The translations under genes and the position numbers were made by a program. Under the pieces are notes generated by a model that had not been told where the DNA came from, searched no databases, and saw only the letters and a list, made by a program, of their open reading frames with translations. A stretch of 64,000 bases of DNA from Peribolospora baueri (Eukaryota), in contig JAMDHS010000027.1 in assembly GCA_029717555.1 (NCBI GenBank), forward strand, positions 1 through 64,000, written 5' to 3'. Below, one piece after another: positions 51,501 to 64,000 of this stretch; within the stretch, counting starts at the first letter, position 1, and every line of letters starts with the position of its first letter.

Positions 51501-54500
51501 AATGGAAACAGCTGTCAGTCGAAAAAAAAACGACCCTTTAATACTGACCGAAGTGTCTCATCGCTCTTTCGATAACATATCCCCAAGAAGAGCTTTGGAC
51601 ATCGAATCCAGCTAGGATCTCCGGATCCCACTCGCGCACCTTGTCCACGAGCAAATTGAGCAAATCAAGCTCCGAGTCCGCTACGTCGATGGGGTAGCGC
51701 GAAAGGCCGAGCCGAATGTGATCGCCTAAGCCCTCAGAGGAGAGGAGGACACCGGTGAAATACCCTTCTCTGCGTCCAGTATCTGGCAGCCAATCTTCTT
51801 CGTTCTGGAAGCAGTAGGTGATGAAGCTGATGGGATCGTGCTCCGGATCGGGCAGGAGATCATCGCGCGAGTTGGCTACCGAGCCAATCAATGAACAGAG
51901 TATGAATGGACTAGCAATAAGACTCGCCAAGTATCGCCGTATGTACGCTTGACGGACTTACCGTACACTTCGATGCAAAGGACAGACATGTGCTGCTTCT
52001 CCCGCACCATCGACTTTGAGGACTCGTATGGGCTGTACTTGAACCCGTACTTGTTCGCCTGCGTAGGCCCCTCAATCTGAGAGGCCAGCTTTCTCTTCCG
52101 CTCATCCTCTCCGTCCTTTAACGCCGAGACTGGAGCCAAAAGTGAGCAGACGAGGGGTAGAGCCAACATTCAGTACTTCGAACGCTCCCGACAACGTCGG
52201 CCAACTCATAACTCACATTTGCTGCTATCCTGCACCTGAACTTTCTCATTCCTCTGTTCCCTCAGCCAACGACTGATTTGCCTCCTGCTAGGCGCCTGGC
52301 CGGCGTATTCCCAGACGCTAAACTTGTTCCCATAAACCGGTGCTTCATTCCGTCTGTTAAACGGATTCCCTTTGTTCGCATCCCCTCTCCCAGGACCTGT
52401 CCCGCCGCGCGTCACCACGTCCATACCCACGCCCGCACCTCCTCTTTCCCACACTCGCTCTTCTCCGACGGCATGTCTAAACTCCCTCAGTGACCCAAGC
52501 TTGTCGCTCGCAAACGTGAACACCCTCCCCGCGTATTCTCTCGGTCGCCCCGGCACGTCTTTGGGGTTCGAGTAGAAAGGGTTGGGGTAAACTTTGGGCG
52601 GCAGGCCAAAGGTAGGAAAGGTTCGGACAACGTCGGCCACAGTGGGAGGCGCACGTGCATAAACGTAGGCGTCCGTAGCGAGGAGAGAGGTCGACAGGGG
52701 CGGCCCTGATATAGAAGTATGGGTGGTTCCATTGGCGTGTGACATATTGTCGGAGCTTCGCCCAGAAGACAGAGATTGTGTGAGAGATTGCGAAGAGCCA
52801 GATAATTCGGTCGTATCCGCCGCAGGATGAACCTCATTCGGCTCTTGGATGCGAGTCCTCTTCATCAGCTTCCCTGTCTCTGCTTTTCCTGCTTCCGCAT
52901 CGTCGGCGCCATCGTCCTTCGCGTCCTTCGTGCGCTTTCGCATCGCGCTGTGTACGTCCTTCTCGTCGTCCAGCTTTAGCTCTCGCTGCACGGCATGGTC
53001 GGTCGGCTTCGGGGACAGTGACGGAGATCGGGGAGGAAAAGGCACGATCTCCGTAGGGGACGGCGTGCGAATTTGGCCCGCTTCGTCCTCATCGCCATCC
53101 TGTCCTAGAGAGACCTGGCGGAGACCCGATCTTCCACCGCTCACGGGATCCGGGAGACGAGACCGATGCATGGCTTTTGCAGCAGGGCGTGGGGGTCGTG
53201 CGGCTACGTCCACCTCTTCCTCTTTCGTAATTGTCGGCACAGGCTCTTGGGGATGCGACAACGACGACGACGACGACGAAGAGGAAGAGGAGGAGGAGAG
53301 AGCATCAGGTTGAACTGAGGAAGGGATCTTGGGCGCGCCCGGCTGAGACCGCGGAGTTTGAGGAATGGTGGTAAGGGTCATAGCCGATCTCAATCTGCTT
53401 GGCTTGCTGGGCGTTCTTAGCAGGACCTCGCGCTCGCGCTCCCACCTCTCCCAGAAATGTTTCTCATCATGGCCGCCCTGGCCGCTCGGGGGTCCCGTCC
53501 TACGGCGCTTGAAAAGACGCTGAGAGTGCGGAGATGACTCATCTGTTTCGGGAAAGGTGGGTGTGAGAGGAAGACGACGACTTGGCTGGCCGGGGGAAGG
53601 AAGGTAGTCTTCAAACTGAAGAGGAGTCGAGGGTCGCGAAAGCACATCGGAGCCATCGAAAGGAGGAGACGGAGACTTGCGCGAAGGAGAAGAGGCAGCC
53701 GAGGCCAAGGCGTCTTGGAGAACGTGTGTCTGGCTTGCGTGCGCAGGCGTACGACGAACGTCCTTCAGCTCTCCTCGTTCGACCGCTTCCTCACCGATAT
53801 CCGCTGCCTCGGCCTCCTCTTCGGTACCTGTGCCTTCGCTGCCGCCGTCATACGTCTCTTCCATCCCGGCAGCCCTCACACTTGTTCCCACATCTCTCTC
53901 CGCCGCCATCTCCGCAGGCCTAGCGGCGGTGGGCTGCGTCCCGATGCCGGCCTGTCCAAACCGCCGGGCAGCGCCAAAGTCCTGGCTGGAAATGACGTCC
54001 AGGTCGACCTCCTGGGCGACGATGCTTCTTTGCGTCGCCTTGAACGCCTCTTGAGCGCTCGACGGAGAGCTGGCCGAGCCACCTGGTCTCGATCCATCGT
54101 CGCGGTCGTCATCATGTCCGACCTCGTCTTTTGCGTTGGCCCCGCCCGAGCCCTTGTATTTATCCGCAAAAAGGGGAACCCAGGGCCGCTCTCCGTGGGC
54201 GAAATACGCCTGGGAGGATATGTTGTTGATGTCAAATGGATCAGCGCACAAAGAGAGAGAGGAAGAGGACTTGCGTCCATGCGGTTCTCCCTCAGGGGTC
54301 ATTTCGCCCGTCTCGCCCGCCTCGCCCATCATCGTCCTTCCAAGGCCGCCGGTGCCCCCTCGCTCGTCCGCCATCGCCTCGCCAAAGTTGTCCACCTTCT
54401 CCGCGAAAGCGCCCTGCTTCCTTGGATCAAGGGCGTCCACGCTCTCGAACGTCGTCCTTATGAACGGCTCAAAAACGTCGCCGCCCCTGACCCGATCCGG

Positions 54501-55930
54501 CTTGACGAAATCGTCAAACCGCGGCAGCGCCGAGCCCTTGTTGTTGTTGTTGAAAAACCGCCTTTCCTCCTTCAAGCGCTCTTCCAAGATGGCTCGAAAC
54601 CTCTCCTCGGCCGCCCATACCGGGCTCTCTCCCTTGGCGTACTTCCTTTTATCTCCCATCGTATCCGCGAAGGGAATGGACGGGGGTAGACCGGCCAAAG
54701 TCCTCCTCCTCTTTTCTTCCTCCCACAATCCCCTGACGCTATGCACGAGCTTTTCGTCATCCGGGATGGGGTGGCGAAGCTCGACAAAATCATGATGAAG
54801 ATTTCGAGGGCGGAGGCGACGGCGGTTGAGGATCTGGAAAACGGTGCAATCGGCCTCGAGGGAACAGTACGAGATGCGGGCAACGGAAGTGGAGGTGGAG
54901 GTCGGTTGTAGGACCTTGGAAGGAGGCACGGTGGTAACGTCGTATCTGGTGTTTGCCTCATCTTCCGGCGAGGAGGAGGGCTCACACTCTACGGGGGCCG
55001 TGGCCGGCGAGACAAAAAGAAGACAAGGCAGACGAGGATGGATGGTGAGGGACGTGTTGGAGGGCCCGGACGGCACATGAGTGCCACTCACCTGGCAGCG
55101 GAGCTCTGAACCACACGTCCTCCAAATCGATATAAGTACACCCGTAGAGGTTCCAATCGAGAAGGAAGAGCAAGTGAAATGGTATGTGACTTTCCAAGGG
55201 CTGGAACACGGTGCGCATCACGGCGCCGCTCTCGAGGAGGGTGACGAGGCGGTGCATATGCATGGGATCTACAAGGCAGATCTTGAGGTAGAACTTCCAG
55301 CCGACGTGGAAGCCGTAAAATGGCACGCCTTTACAGAGGAAGATGGCGGCGATGAACTGGCATTTTGTGGGGTCGTTCGGATTGCGCCGGAGGGAGACGG
55401 CCATGGCGTGGTTGAGGGCGAGGCCAAGTTTGTAAATGTAGCGGTGGACTAAAGGAGGGAGGATGAGGAAAGGAGAGACAGGACAGGACAGGCGGACGAA
55501 GGAGCTGAATGCTAAGCCAGACTCGGTGGGCGGCGCTCGCACCCGGTCAGAGACGAGACACACTTAACTCACCGACGTCAGGCTCCAAACTACCGGTATA
55601 TTCCACATAGCAGTAAGGAAAAGCCTGGTGAACGTGGAGACAAACCCTCTGACCGACGGGGGTGGAGCCAAAGATACGTATCTCCGGCACTTTGACGAGG
55701 TCCACGCCTGGAGGGTTGAAGGCGCAGAAGGAGCGGTCGAGGGGGCCAGGGGACGACTGGACGTGGTCGATGTTGCTTATGGAAATGCGGAGATAGGGAC
55801 GGGGGCCTTCGGGTGACGAGCAGGTCGAGGAGAAGGAGTTCGTGGTGGCCCGTCTCCCGTCCCCTCCATCGCCGTCGCCACCGCCCGGGGACCGTGGCGG
55901 GTGATCGCCTGCTCTTGGTGGTTGGACCAT
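48571..55930 (-). CDS. REV3: DNA polymerase zeta catalytic subunit
   Basis: CLHVHQAFPY, ESHIPF..LYGC, SRGSQFKVES, LDFQSLYPSIMIAYN, KLLANV.YGYT, YGDTDSLF, KGIETVRRD, C-terminal Cys motifs (CESLDCP). Confidence 0.96.
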
Positions 55931-58504
55931 CGTTGTGCATCACCGTGGGCGTGGTGCTTGCGATGCCTGCGGGTCGGCGGTGGCGGAGACGAGGATGAAA
56001 ATGGGAGCGCCTATAAACCCACCGGTCCTCTCTCCTACCCTGTTTGCCGAACACTCACCCTCGATCAGCCTTCCATCCGCCGTCTGTCTGCCTGGTGAGC
56101 GTAGCAGTGTCCGTCGATATGTCGTCGTCGACGGCTCCAGTCGCGCTCCCTGCGGGTATTTTACGCGCGTCGCGCGAGGTCGCCTGTTCCGCTTAGTCAT
56201 CGTTCAGGCGCATCATCCACGTCGGTCGGTTTGGTTTTTTTACGTGTCGATGGAGTATATACTGTACATACGGCACGCTTTGCAGGGCGTTCGACCGGCG
56301 CCGTCGATCCGCTTCGCGATGTATTTTGCCATCCTCACATTCTAAGTGTATTAATACATTGGCGGTGGAAGGACGCAGGAGGGAGCGGGCGTGTCCCTCT
56401 AGCGCTATCAGTCCCAAACGAGCCTAGCCTGCCTTGTCAGGGGAGATGGAAGGGCCAAATACGCGAAAGACGACAGGGTAAGGTTCGATCGAAAAGCGCT
56501 GGCTGACAGGCAGGTCTAAGGAGATATCCCGATGCGCGAAAGGCGGGCGAGGAGACAAAGTAGAGGTGTCAGGCGTAAGCGTAGGCATAGGCGTCAGCGT
56601 TGGCGTTGATCGCCATTTCGTTGACGCTCATCATGAGGCTCCAGTCCTCGAGCGTTCCGTCCCGGTCAGGCTCGTGCCCGTCTCAAAATTGTTCGCAGGC
56701 TTCGCAGAACGCACGAAGCTTGCTCGACTCGATGGAGTCGTCAAGGCGGCACGTCGGCGAGAGGCGATGGGGGTAGAGTGAACGAGGCAGAAGAGGGGCT
56801 TGAAAAGACCGGACAAGCTGCTTAGGCGCTCGCGTGTGCGCCGCTCACTGCAGGGCCTGGACCAAAGGGTGGCTAAGCTGGCAAGGCTGGAAGATATACG
56901 TGGCGTAATGCAGGGAGGATGAGTTGCGAATTGAAAGGGAACGCAGCCTTTTCGAGCTTTGCTCCGGCGCTGACAAGCGCTGATGAGGTTGGGAAAAAAA
57001 ATGCCACACCGCTGGATGGGTTTTCAAGCCGAATCGAATGAATCGGTCGCAAGGAGCGGCAGGTTGCGAAATCATGCGTTTCCCGCTGCTGCTAGTTTTG
57101 ATCGCCAGAGATAAGTGGGCACATCAGTCGAACCGCATCTGTCACGAAACTGTTGCGAATGGAACAAGGCATGGAAAGAGCATAAAACGAAAGGGTCATC
57201 TGGATAGCGGTCGTGGTGGTGGAACACAGGAAAGCGTCAGGCGGGTGCGCGGCTGCGACTCGATGTCCTCCGCGCGCAGTCTTGTTTTCCAATGTGGACT
57301 TTCAATGTCTTGGTGCGAATACTAGTCACGGAGGGGTGGCCAATGAATGTAAAACCCTTCCCTTGGGCCGAGTTGCCGACGAACTGACGACGGCAAGCGA
57401 GGCGACGGCGGCGAGTGGTCGTCGAAATGGACGGCGACTTGTGTCGGATGGATGCATGGCGAATGCGGGCGAGGCGCTAGCGTGGCAAGGCGCTTCGGTG
57501 GTTGGTTGGTGGACGGGAGCGTCGCCCGTGGGTTGGGCCAGAAGGGAGCTGCGGAAGGTGGAAGCGGTGGGATGTCAGTTCGAAACGGCGTCCGTGGAAG
57601 GTGTGCTTGTGTTTGCCTTGTTGCTCGTTTCGTCTCATGGATAGGTAAGAGAAAATGGGTAAGCGAAAACGACGCGGCTTGGCGCCCATTTTGATGGCCG
57701 CAAAAGACGGTGGATGGGATTTGAGAATTTGAATTCGCGGCGGCGGCGGATCAGGAAGTTAGGGCCGTGGAGCATGATACCTTTAGCTCGTCTTGTCGTC
57801 GCTCGCGCCGTCAGCCTCCGGCGGCAAAGAACGGCGTCGCCGAACGAGCGGCGGGCGCAAGAACTAAAAGAGGTGGGCACGGATAATGGAGTGAGAACGC
57901 GATGGGGGCAGACGGCCATCGCAGCGACGAGAGAAAAAAAATCGAAAAAATAAAAATCGCTTAGTGCACTGGTGCGGAGGACAGTCGTGCCCCTGAAGGC
58001 GTTCCGCTGCCACGGTCCGAGACGGCTTCTGAGCGGCTCGCTGGTCTGGTCAGGTCCGGGCAGGTCAGTGCCAGCCTTGGCAGGGCACGTCCGTCCCCGC
58101 GGGCTGCCCTGGCACGGGCCTGGGGAACGGGGATGATGCCAAGTGTCCGTCCTGTGCACGAGATCGCGGTCGGCCCTGTCTGTCATGTCATATCATCGAT
58201 CAGGGCGACGAGAAGCGACGACGTCGGCCGGCCTCGCCTCGCCTTATCGCATCGCATCGCATCGCCCGGTCCGTTCCTGAGCCGCGTCTTCGGCAGCGCC
58301 CCGGCCGGTGCCGAGGCCCAATAAGGCTTGGATGGGGGCCTGGCGTGGCCGGGCCAAACTTGCCTGGGAGACAGACAGGTTGTTGGTCGGGTCGAATTTC
58401 GATCGATCGCGATGGGCGGGCGACCCGAGAAGCGATTCCGGACTATGCGACCGTCGCCGACTGCGGCCATCGGGGATTTTGGATTTGCTAAGGGTGCTGC
58501 GGCG

Positions 58505-59325
58505 CACGTGCGTACCTAGGACAGGCTCGTTGGCACGTTCGCTGCGATCGGGCCAATCAGCAGCCGCGATTTAGAACTCGTCGCTGGTTCTTTGTGCTGC
58601 CGCGTCTTACCGACGCCGTTGTGCTGCTTCTCTCGCCGTCATGGTGGCGCCACCATCCGCGTCGACCCTGCCTGGCTTTGCTGGCCTACGGACGGAAAAA
58701 GTGGTGGCGGCGGCGGCGGTGGCTTGGCCGGGTCTGACCCTGTTAGTCCGGCCGTCAGGCCCGGCCGTCCATGCCCATGTCCGGGTCCGTGTCCGTGGTC
58801 GTGATCGTGAGCGTGGGCGTGGACGTGGTCGGCATGGAGGGCGGTGGGCGGGCAGGCAGGCAGGGCAGGGCGGGAGTGCCAAGCCGAGGGCGGAGGATTC
58901 ATTCGCTCGTGCTCGTCAACGTTCCTGACTGAGATGGGTTTGAATGCGGGAGGCGGCAGCGGCAGCGGGAGCAGGAAGAGCGGTCGTGTCGACGCAGGCA
59001 AGCGACGAGACAGAAGAGGGGCAAGAGAGACACATAGCGACAGACGAAGAGACGACGGACGGAGAAGAGGCGAAGAGACGAACGACAGGTGGAGGATAGA
59101 CAGACAGACAGACAGACGAACGGAGGAGGATAGACATTCACAGACACGTACAGGTCCAGAGCGAGCTAGCTAAGCAAAAAGTTAGAGCCAAGCCAAACCA
59201 AGATGGCGGCGGCGACCGGTGACGCTCCCGTCGCGCCGCCTCCGCCCATCTGTCTGTCACTCCACTGACACACTCGACTCGCTCTCCTTTTCCCCCGGCC
59301 CACCATCTCGTCGTATAAAAACGTG
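58505..59325 (+). promoter_or_regulatory. PHO84 promoter with candidate Pho4-type sites and TATA box
   Basis: CACGTG 58505, CACGTT 58534, TATAAAA 59314 adjoining AACGTG 59320. Confidence 0.45.
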
Positions 59326-59481
59326 GGCCGGGCGCGGCTCCTCTTCGCCCCTATCCCTTCCCTTCCCCACCTCCCTCGCCATCGACGAATCCTCGCCCGG
59401 GTAGACCCCCGGCTGTCTTGCATCTCCCCTACCCCATTCCTCGCCGCTTTCGCTCCTCCCGCTTCGCCAACCTCTACGAAA

Positions 59482-61352
59482 ATGGCTCCCTTCGGTGCTG
59501 ACATGGACGCCTGGGCGGGCGACTTCAACCACGAGAGCCTCGCTCTCGTCGAGCGCACCCACCGTCGCGGCGTTGGTCTCCTCAGCTGGGCTGAGGTTAA
59601 GCTTCTCTCTATCGCCGGTGTCGGTTTCTTCATGGACGCAGTGAGTAGTCGTGGCCCTTCATCAGCCAGACGCATAACAGAAAAAGAAAAGAGGGAGAAG
59701 AGGGGAACCGAGGGATTCTTTTCCGACTGCCGACCACTCCGCTGACACGGACCCGTCTTGATATACCCCCCCGATCCCACAGTACGACCTTTTCATCATC
59801 AACATGGTTTACTCGATCATCCTCGACGCCTACTACCCCAAGGGCACCAGCGCCATCGGCTGGGGTCTCTCCGGCGGTGTGCTCAAGGCGTCCGCCAACA
59901 TCGGCAACGTCATCGGCCAAATCCTCTTCGGTCTCCTCGGCGACGCGCTCGGTCGTCAGGCCGTGTACGGCAAGGAGCTCATCATCGTCATCGTCGCCAC
60001 CATAATGATCATCTCTGCCCCCGACTACCTTGGCGGTGAAGGTATCACCATCTGGATGTTCTGCTTCCGCGTCATCATGGGCATCGGCATCGGTGGCGAC
60101 TACCCCATGTCCGCCGCCGTCGTCTCTGACCGTGCCCACCTCAACCGCCGTGGCTCCCTGCTCGCCACCATCTTCTCTGCCCAGGGTTGGGGCAACCTCG
60201 TCGGTGCCCTGTTGGCCGTCATCGTCGTTGCCGGCTATAAGGACTACGTCAATGCTGGCATGGTCCACAAGCTCAGCGGTGCCTGGCGTATCCTCCAGGG
60301 TCTCGCCCTCATCCCCGCTTTCCTCACTCTCTACTTCCGTCTCACCATGGCCGAGTCGACGCGCTTCAAGCAGGCCCGTGCGATTCAGGACGACCCCGAC
60401 CTCCTCAAGAACAAGGCGAGCGAGGCGCTTCAGGTCGACCAGGCGCCCAAGGAGGGCTCCGACATCGAGGACAAGGCGGCGGCTGAGCAGCCCGCCGGTG
60501 TCATCGGCAACGAGGTCGACCGCGGTGTCGCTTTGGGCCTCAAGCCTGAGGGCAAGAGCGCTCACTTCGGCGAGTTTATCCGCTACATGTCCAAGCCGCG
60601 CCATGCCTTGACCCTCCTCGGCACCGCGCTCAGCTGGTTCTTCCTCGACATGGCCTTCTACGGAATCAACCTCAACCAGTCCCTCATCCTTTCCGGCATC
60701 GGCTTCACCACCGGCGACACCTGGAGCAAGCTTATGAAGACGGCCACCGGTAACCTCATCATCACTGCCGCTGGTTTCCTCCCCGGATACTACGTCACTG
60801 TTCTCACCGTCGAGTGGCTTGGTCGTAAGCCGATCCAGTGGATCGGATTCACCATGACCGCCCTTTTCCTCGGTATCGCTGCCGGCCACTTCAACTACCT
60901 CAAGAACCACGCCGCTCCCTTCTTCGTCGTCTTTGCTTTGCTCCAGTTCTTCTTCGTGAGTGCTCCACCGATTTGGAATTCATCCTCGCCTCGTCGCTCA
61001 CCCTCGTTCGTCTATCTCCCTTGCCGGTTCCGCCGCACCTTAGAACTTCGGAGCCAACTCGACCACTTTCATCATCCCCGCCGAGGTCTTCCCCACCCGC
61101 GTCCGCGCTACCGCTCACGGTATCTCGGCCGCGTCCGGCAAGGTCGGCGCCATCATCACATCGCTCGCCTTCTCCCAGCTCGCGACGCCCAAGAGCATCG
61201 GCACGGCTAACGTGCTCTGGATTCTCTTCGCCACCTCCGTCGCCGGTATCTTTACCACCTTCCTCATCCCTGAGACGAAGGGCCGAGACGCCGACGTTGT
61301 CGATCGTGAGGAGCTCCTCGCCGACGCACAGGCCAAGGGCCTCCAGGTTTGA
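59482..61352 (+). CDS. PHO84: high-affinity phosphate:H+ symporter (MFS, PHS family)
   Basis: AGVGFFMDA|YDLFII, GDALGR, GIGIGGDYPMSA, QGWG, DMAFYG, NFGANSTTFIIPAEVFPTRVR, PETKG; two introns. Confidence 0.95.
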
Positions 61353-61961
61353 ACGCGGCGCATCATTCATCGCCGCGGCGGGGATCGGTTGGTTGTGGGC
61401 CTCGTAAAAGATGGCTCTCTTCTGTTTTTTCCTACCCGTCAATCCTTTCCTTGTCTTTCTTCTTCTCTTGCCTTTAAAAAAATTCCTTTATACGCTTCCC
61501 CCTTCCCCTAACGATGATGGGTTGCGATGATCACCGCTTGCTAGTTATTCTCGCTATTGCTTGTTCCCCCCCCACATCCGCTTTATCTCTATTCCCCGTC
61601 TCACCCTCACCCATCCTCTTGCCGGCTGCAATGCCACTTGTTCGCCAGCCTTTTCCGTGCCCGCCCGCGTCTTGCTTGCGCTTCTTGCTGTGCCCGCTCC
61701 GGTCAACTCTATATATAGATGGGAATTGCATATCCATTCATCGAACGAAGATGAAGGAGAACGTTACAAGACAGGTCCGACCAAGATTCTGCCGTCGGAC
61801 AGACGGGACGGACACGCGCGGTCAATGTCGCGTCATTCGTGTCACATCATTCACGACAGCTCGAGCATGTCTTGTCCCGTCCTGTCCTGTCCAATTCGCC
61901 CGGGCTCGGCTTGGCTGTACCCTGCCCGTGCCCCGTGCCCGTGTCCGGCCCGGGCCCATGT

Positions 61962-62691
61962 TCAAGATCGGCTCGTGTCTTTTTCGACTTTGTCCGCCGT
62001 CGCGGTGGCGGCGGCGGCAGTGACGGCGACGGGGATGCGGACGAGCGTTTCTGGCATCGAGCCTTCGGGGTTTTCGACGGCTGGAGGAGAGAGAGGGATA
62101 CGATAGACAGGACGGGACGCGCGGGGTTAGGAAGCAATAGTCAGCCCGTCGCGTCGCGCTGGGTTGGAAGAAGCGGCGACGACGACGGTCTCGGCCGCTC
62201 AAGCCGGATTACGGGAACTTACTCTGCGCTATTCGCATGGCGCGAAAGATGCCCTGCCAGCTCGCGAGGACGGAGGCGACGGCTGATAAGGAGGAGAGAG
62301 GGAAACGGAGGGTTAGTCAGTCAGTCAGTCACTCAGTCGATCATTGGTCGGCCGAGTCGAGGTGGAAGATTTCGATTCAAGAGACCAGCTACGAGTAGTA
62401 CGAGGTCGGGCGGGCCTCGCCAAACGCCTCTGCCACTTTGCTTAAAGCCAGCGAAGGACCGATCGACCGACCGGACAACTCACCTTGGCCGCCGTCGGCC
62501 AAAACGTCCATTTCGTCGCCCAACCGCTCGACCTTGCTTACGAGCTGAGCGCTGGCCTCCTTGAGCGCCAAAAGCCCCTCCAGCTCCCGTTGCTTCTCTT
62601 GAATCCGACTGGACGCCGAGGTGTGCGAGGCGCCCGCGCCTGCGAAACCGCCTACCGAGCTGTACGTCGATGGGCGAGGAAACTGGGACAT
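61962..62691 (-). CDS. DAD2: DASH/Dam1 complex subunit Dad2
   Basis: Three exons: RIQEKQRELEGL..LADGGQ|AVASVLASWQGIFRAM|..PETLVRIP. Confidence 0.85.
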
Positions 62692-63077
62692 GGTCTCGAT
62701 GGTGAGGCGACGACCGGGCGACGACGACTGATGATGGCCGACGCGTCGTCCACCTCATCCGCGCGACGCGAGGCTGCCGCAGCAAGGACGAGAGCTCGCT
62801 CCTGCCCAGCGCCGATCACGATGCTCATTCCCAAGATGACGACGGCGCCTTCGAATTGCAATCGGTCCCCGTCGGCGACGGTCGCACACTACATGAGTAC
62901 AAACAGACAACAGACAGACTGGCAGCTAGAGTACATCGTGGCTTAACAACGGCCGAGGCAAGAAAAGACGAGCGACGGCGCGGAAAGAGAAAGTATAAGA
63001 TATAAAAAAAACACATGTGCCGGGCTGCACTGCTAATGGGCACCTCCATCCGGCCACATTGCCAACCTATCATATCA

Positions 63078-64000
63078 TTACCGTCGCCCCCACCCTCCTC
63101 TCCCTCTCATCCACTCTCCCCTGCCACTCCGGCCCATCCAACCGCCGCCTCGTCCTGGAGGTGGAGGCGCGCTAAGACGGTCGCTTCCTCCGCTCCCGAC
63201 GTCCCTGGGATCCCGACCCATGTTGGCAGGCCCTTTCGGGACGCCTGCGAAATCGCTGATAGAAGGTCCGCCCGTGCCTGCGCTGCCGCCGCTAATGGCC
63301 CCACCGCTCGCTCCGGCATCACCGCTTGCCCTCCTGAGCCCGCCGGGAGGACCTCCTGACGCTCCCACAGACCCTCCTCGGCCGCCTCCCAAAGGAGGCC
63401 TACCTCGAAAACCACCGCCCAATCCTCCGCGCGGACTGAATCCAGGACGAAAGCCGGTGTTGGCAGGATTCTGAAGAGCCCGAGGCGCCCGCGGAGGGTT
63501 GAAGGATCCAAAGCCCCCAGCCCCGGGCGCCGGGCCCGCCGTCGTTGACCCCAGACCACTCGAGCCTCCGCCACCAGCGCCGGCACTGGCGGGACTGGGA
63601 GAACCCCCTGTGTCCGACCCACCACTCCCGATCCCACGTCCGCCGCTGCTGCCGAGAGGCGCAAACCCAGAAGGTCCAGACCGGCCCACGGTTGCGAATC
63701 CACCTCGGCCGAAGCCGCTGCCTCCGTGCCCCCTGCCGTGCGAAGGTTGTGAAGGTGGACCCGGCAGCGGGGCGAGGTGAGGCGGGAGATCTTTTTCCAA
63801 AGGATCGCCCACTGGCTTGCCGACAGGTGGCCTAACGGCCGACTGAGGCGGGAGCGGAGCACGCGCGGGAATCGACGGTGGGCTGCGGCGCGGTGAAGGC
63901 GATAGAGAAGATTGGGTCGATGTTGACATGGACGTAGAGGTGTAAACCGAAGATAGCCCGGCAGGCCCACGTGGTGGGTTGATGGCGGCGGCCTCGACTT
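63078..64000 (-). CDS. 3' part of a gene with a Gly/Pro/RGG-rich low-complexity C-terminus (runs off the window)
   Basis: Frame is open to 64000; PPRGP/PPRAP/PKGP motifs and RGG boxes; family not identifiable. Confidence 0.6.
   Translation of the reverse strand, partial: VEAAAINPPRGPAGLSSVYTSTSMSTSTQSSLSPSPRRSPPSIPARAPLPPQSAVRPPVGKPVGDPLEKDLPPHLAPLPGPPSQPSHGRGHGGSGFGRGGFATVGRSGPSGFAPLGSSGGRGIGSGGSDTGGSPSPASAGAGGGGSSGLGSTTAGPAPGAGGFGSFNPPRAPRALQNPANTGFRPGFSPRGGLGGGFRGRPPLGGGRGGSVGASGGPPGGLRRASGDAGASGGAISGGSAGTGGPSISDFAGVPKGPANMGRDPRDVGSGGSDRLSAPPPPGRGGGWMGRSGRGEWMRGRGGWGRR

Noticed and set aside
59630..60910. 426-aa ORF antisense to PHO84
   Set aside because: Explained by the strong C-ending codon bias of the sense gene
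12727..62691. Apparent genome-maintenance cluster (HCS1, CDC31, F-box, REV3, DAD2)
   Set aside because: Spread over 50 kb among unrelated genes; no shared motif seen, so likely coincidence

Overview
GC-rich, intron-rich eukaryotic DNA (GT-AG introns with CTRAC-type branch points). The gene set and intron style indicate a fungus, most likely a basidiomycete. I reconstructed about 17 intact or window-truncated genes by hand-splicing: a tri-domain phosphatase/kinase/RNA-ligase protein, TMEM135, a DHA1 MFS transporter, HCS1 helicase, a Cys-rich GPI-like protein, a two-finger GATA factor, centrin, a PPR-like protein, a small secreted ricin-B-like protein, a full-size ABCG transporter, a secreted tandem-repeat peptide precursor, a glycerol-3-phosphate acyltransferase, a TPR/F-box protein, REV3, PHO84, DAD2 and a partial Gly/Pro-rich gene. 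At about 2.0-5.6 kb lies a decayed block holding truncated head-to-head ULA1 and URB1 copies fused to an LTR-like remnant. The most notable items are: (1) a KEP/RiPP-like secreted repeat precursor next to an ABCG exporter, with a perfect 68-bp-arm hairpin between them; (2) the heal-and-seal RNA-repair fusion enzyme; (3) the ULA1/URB1 pseudogene block; (4) a multi-exon ricin-like effector candidate that the ORF track shows only in fragments. All product calls come from motif recognition; no database search was run, and some exon boundaries are approximate.
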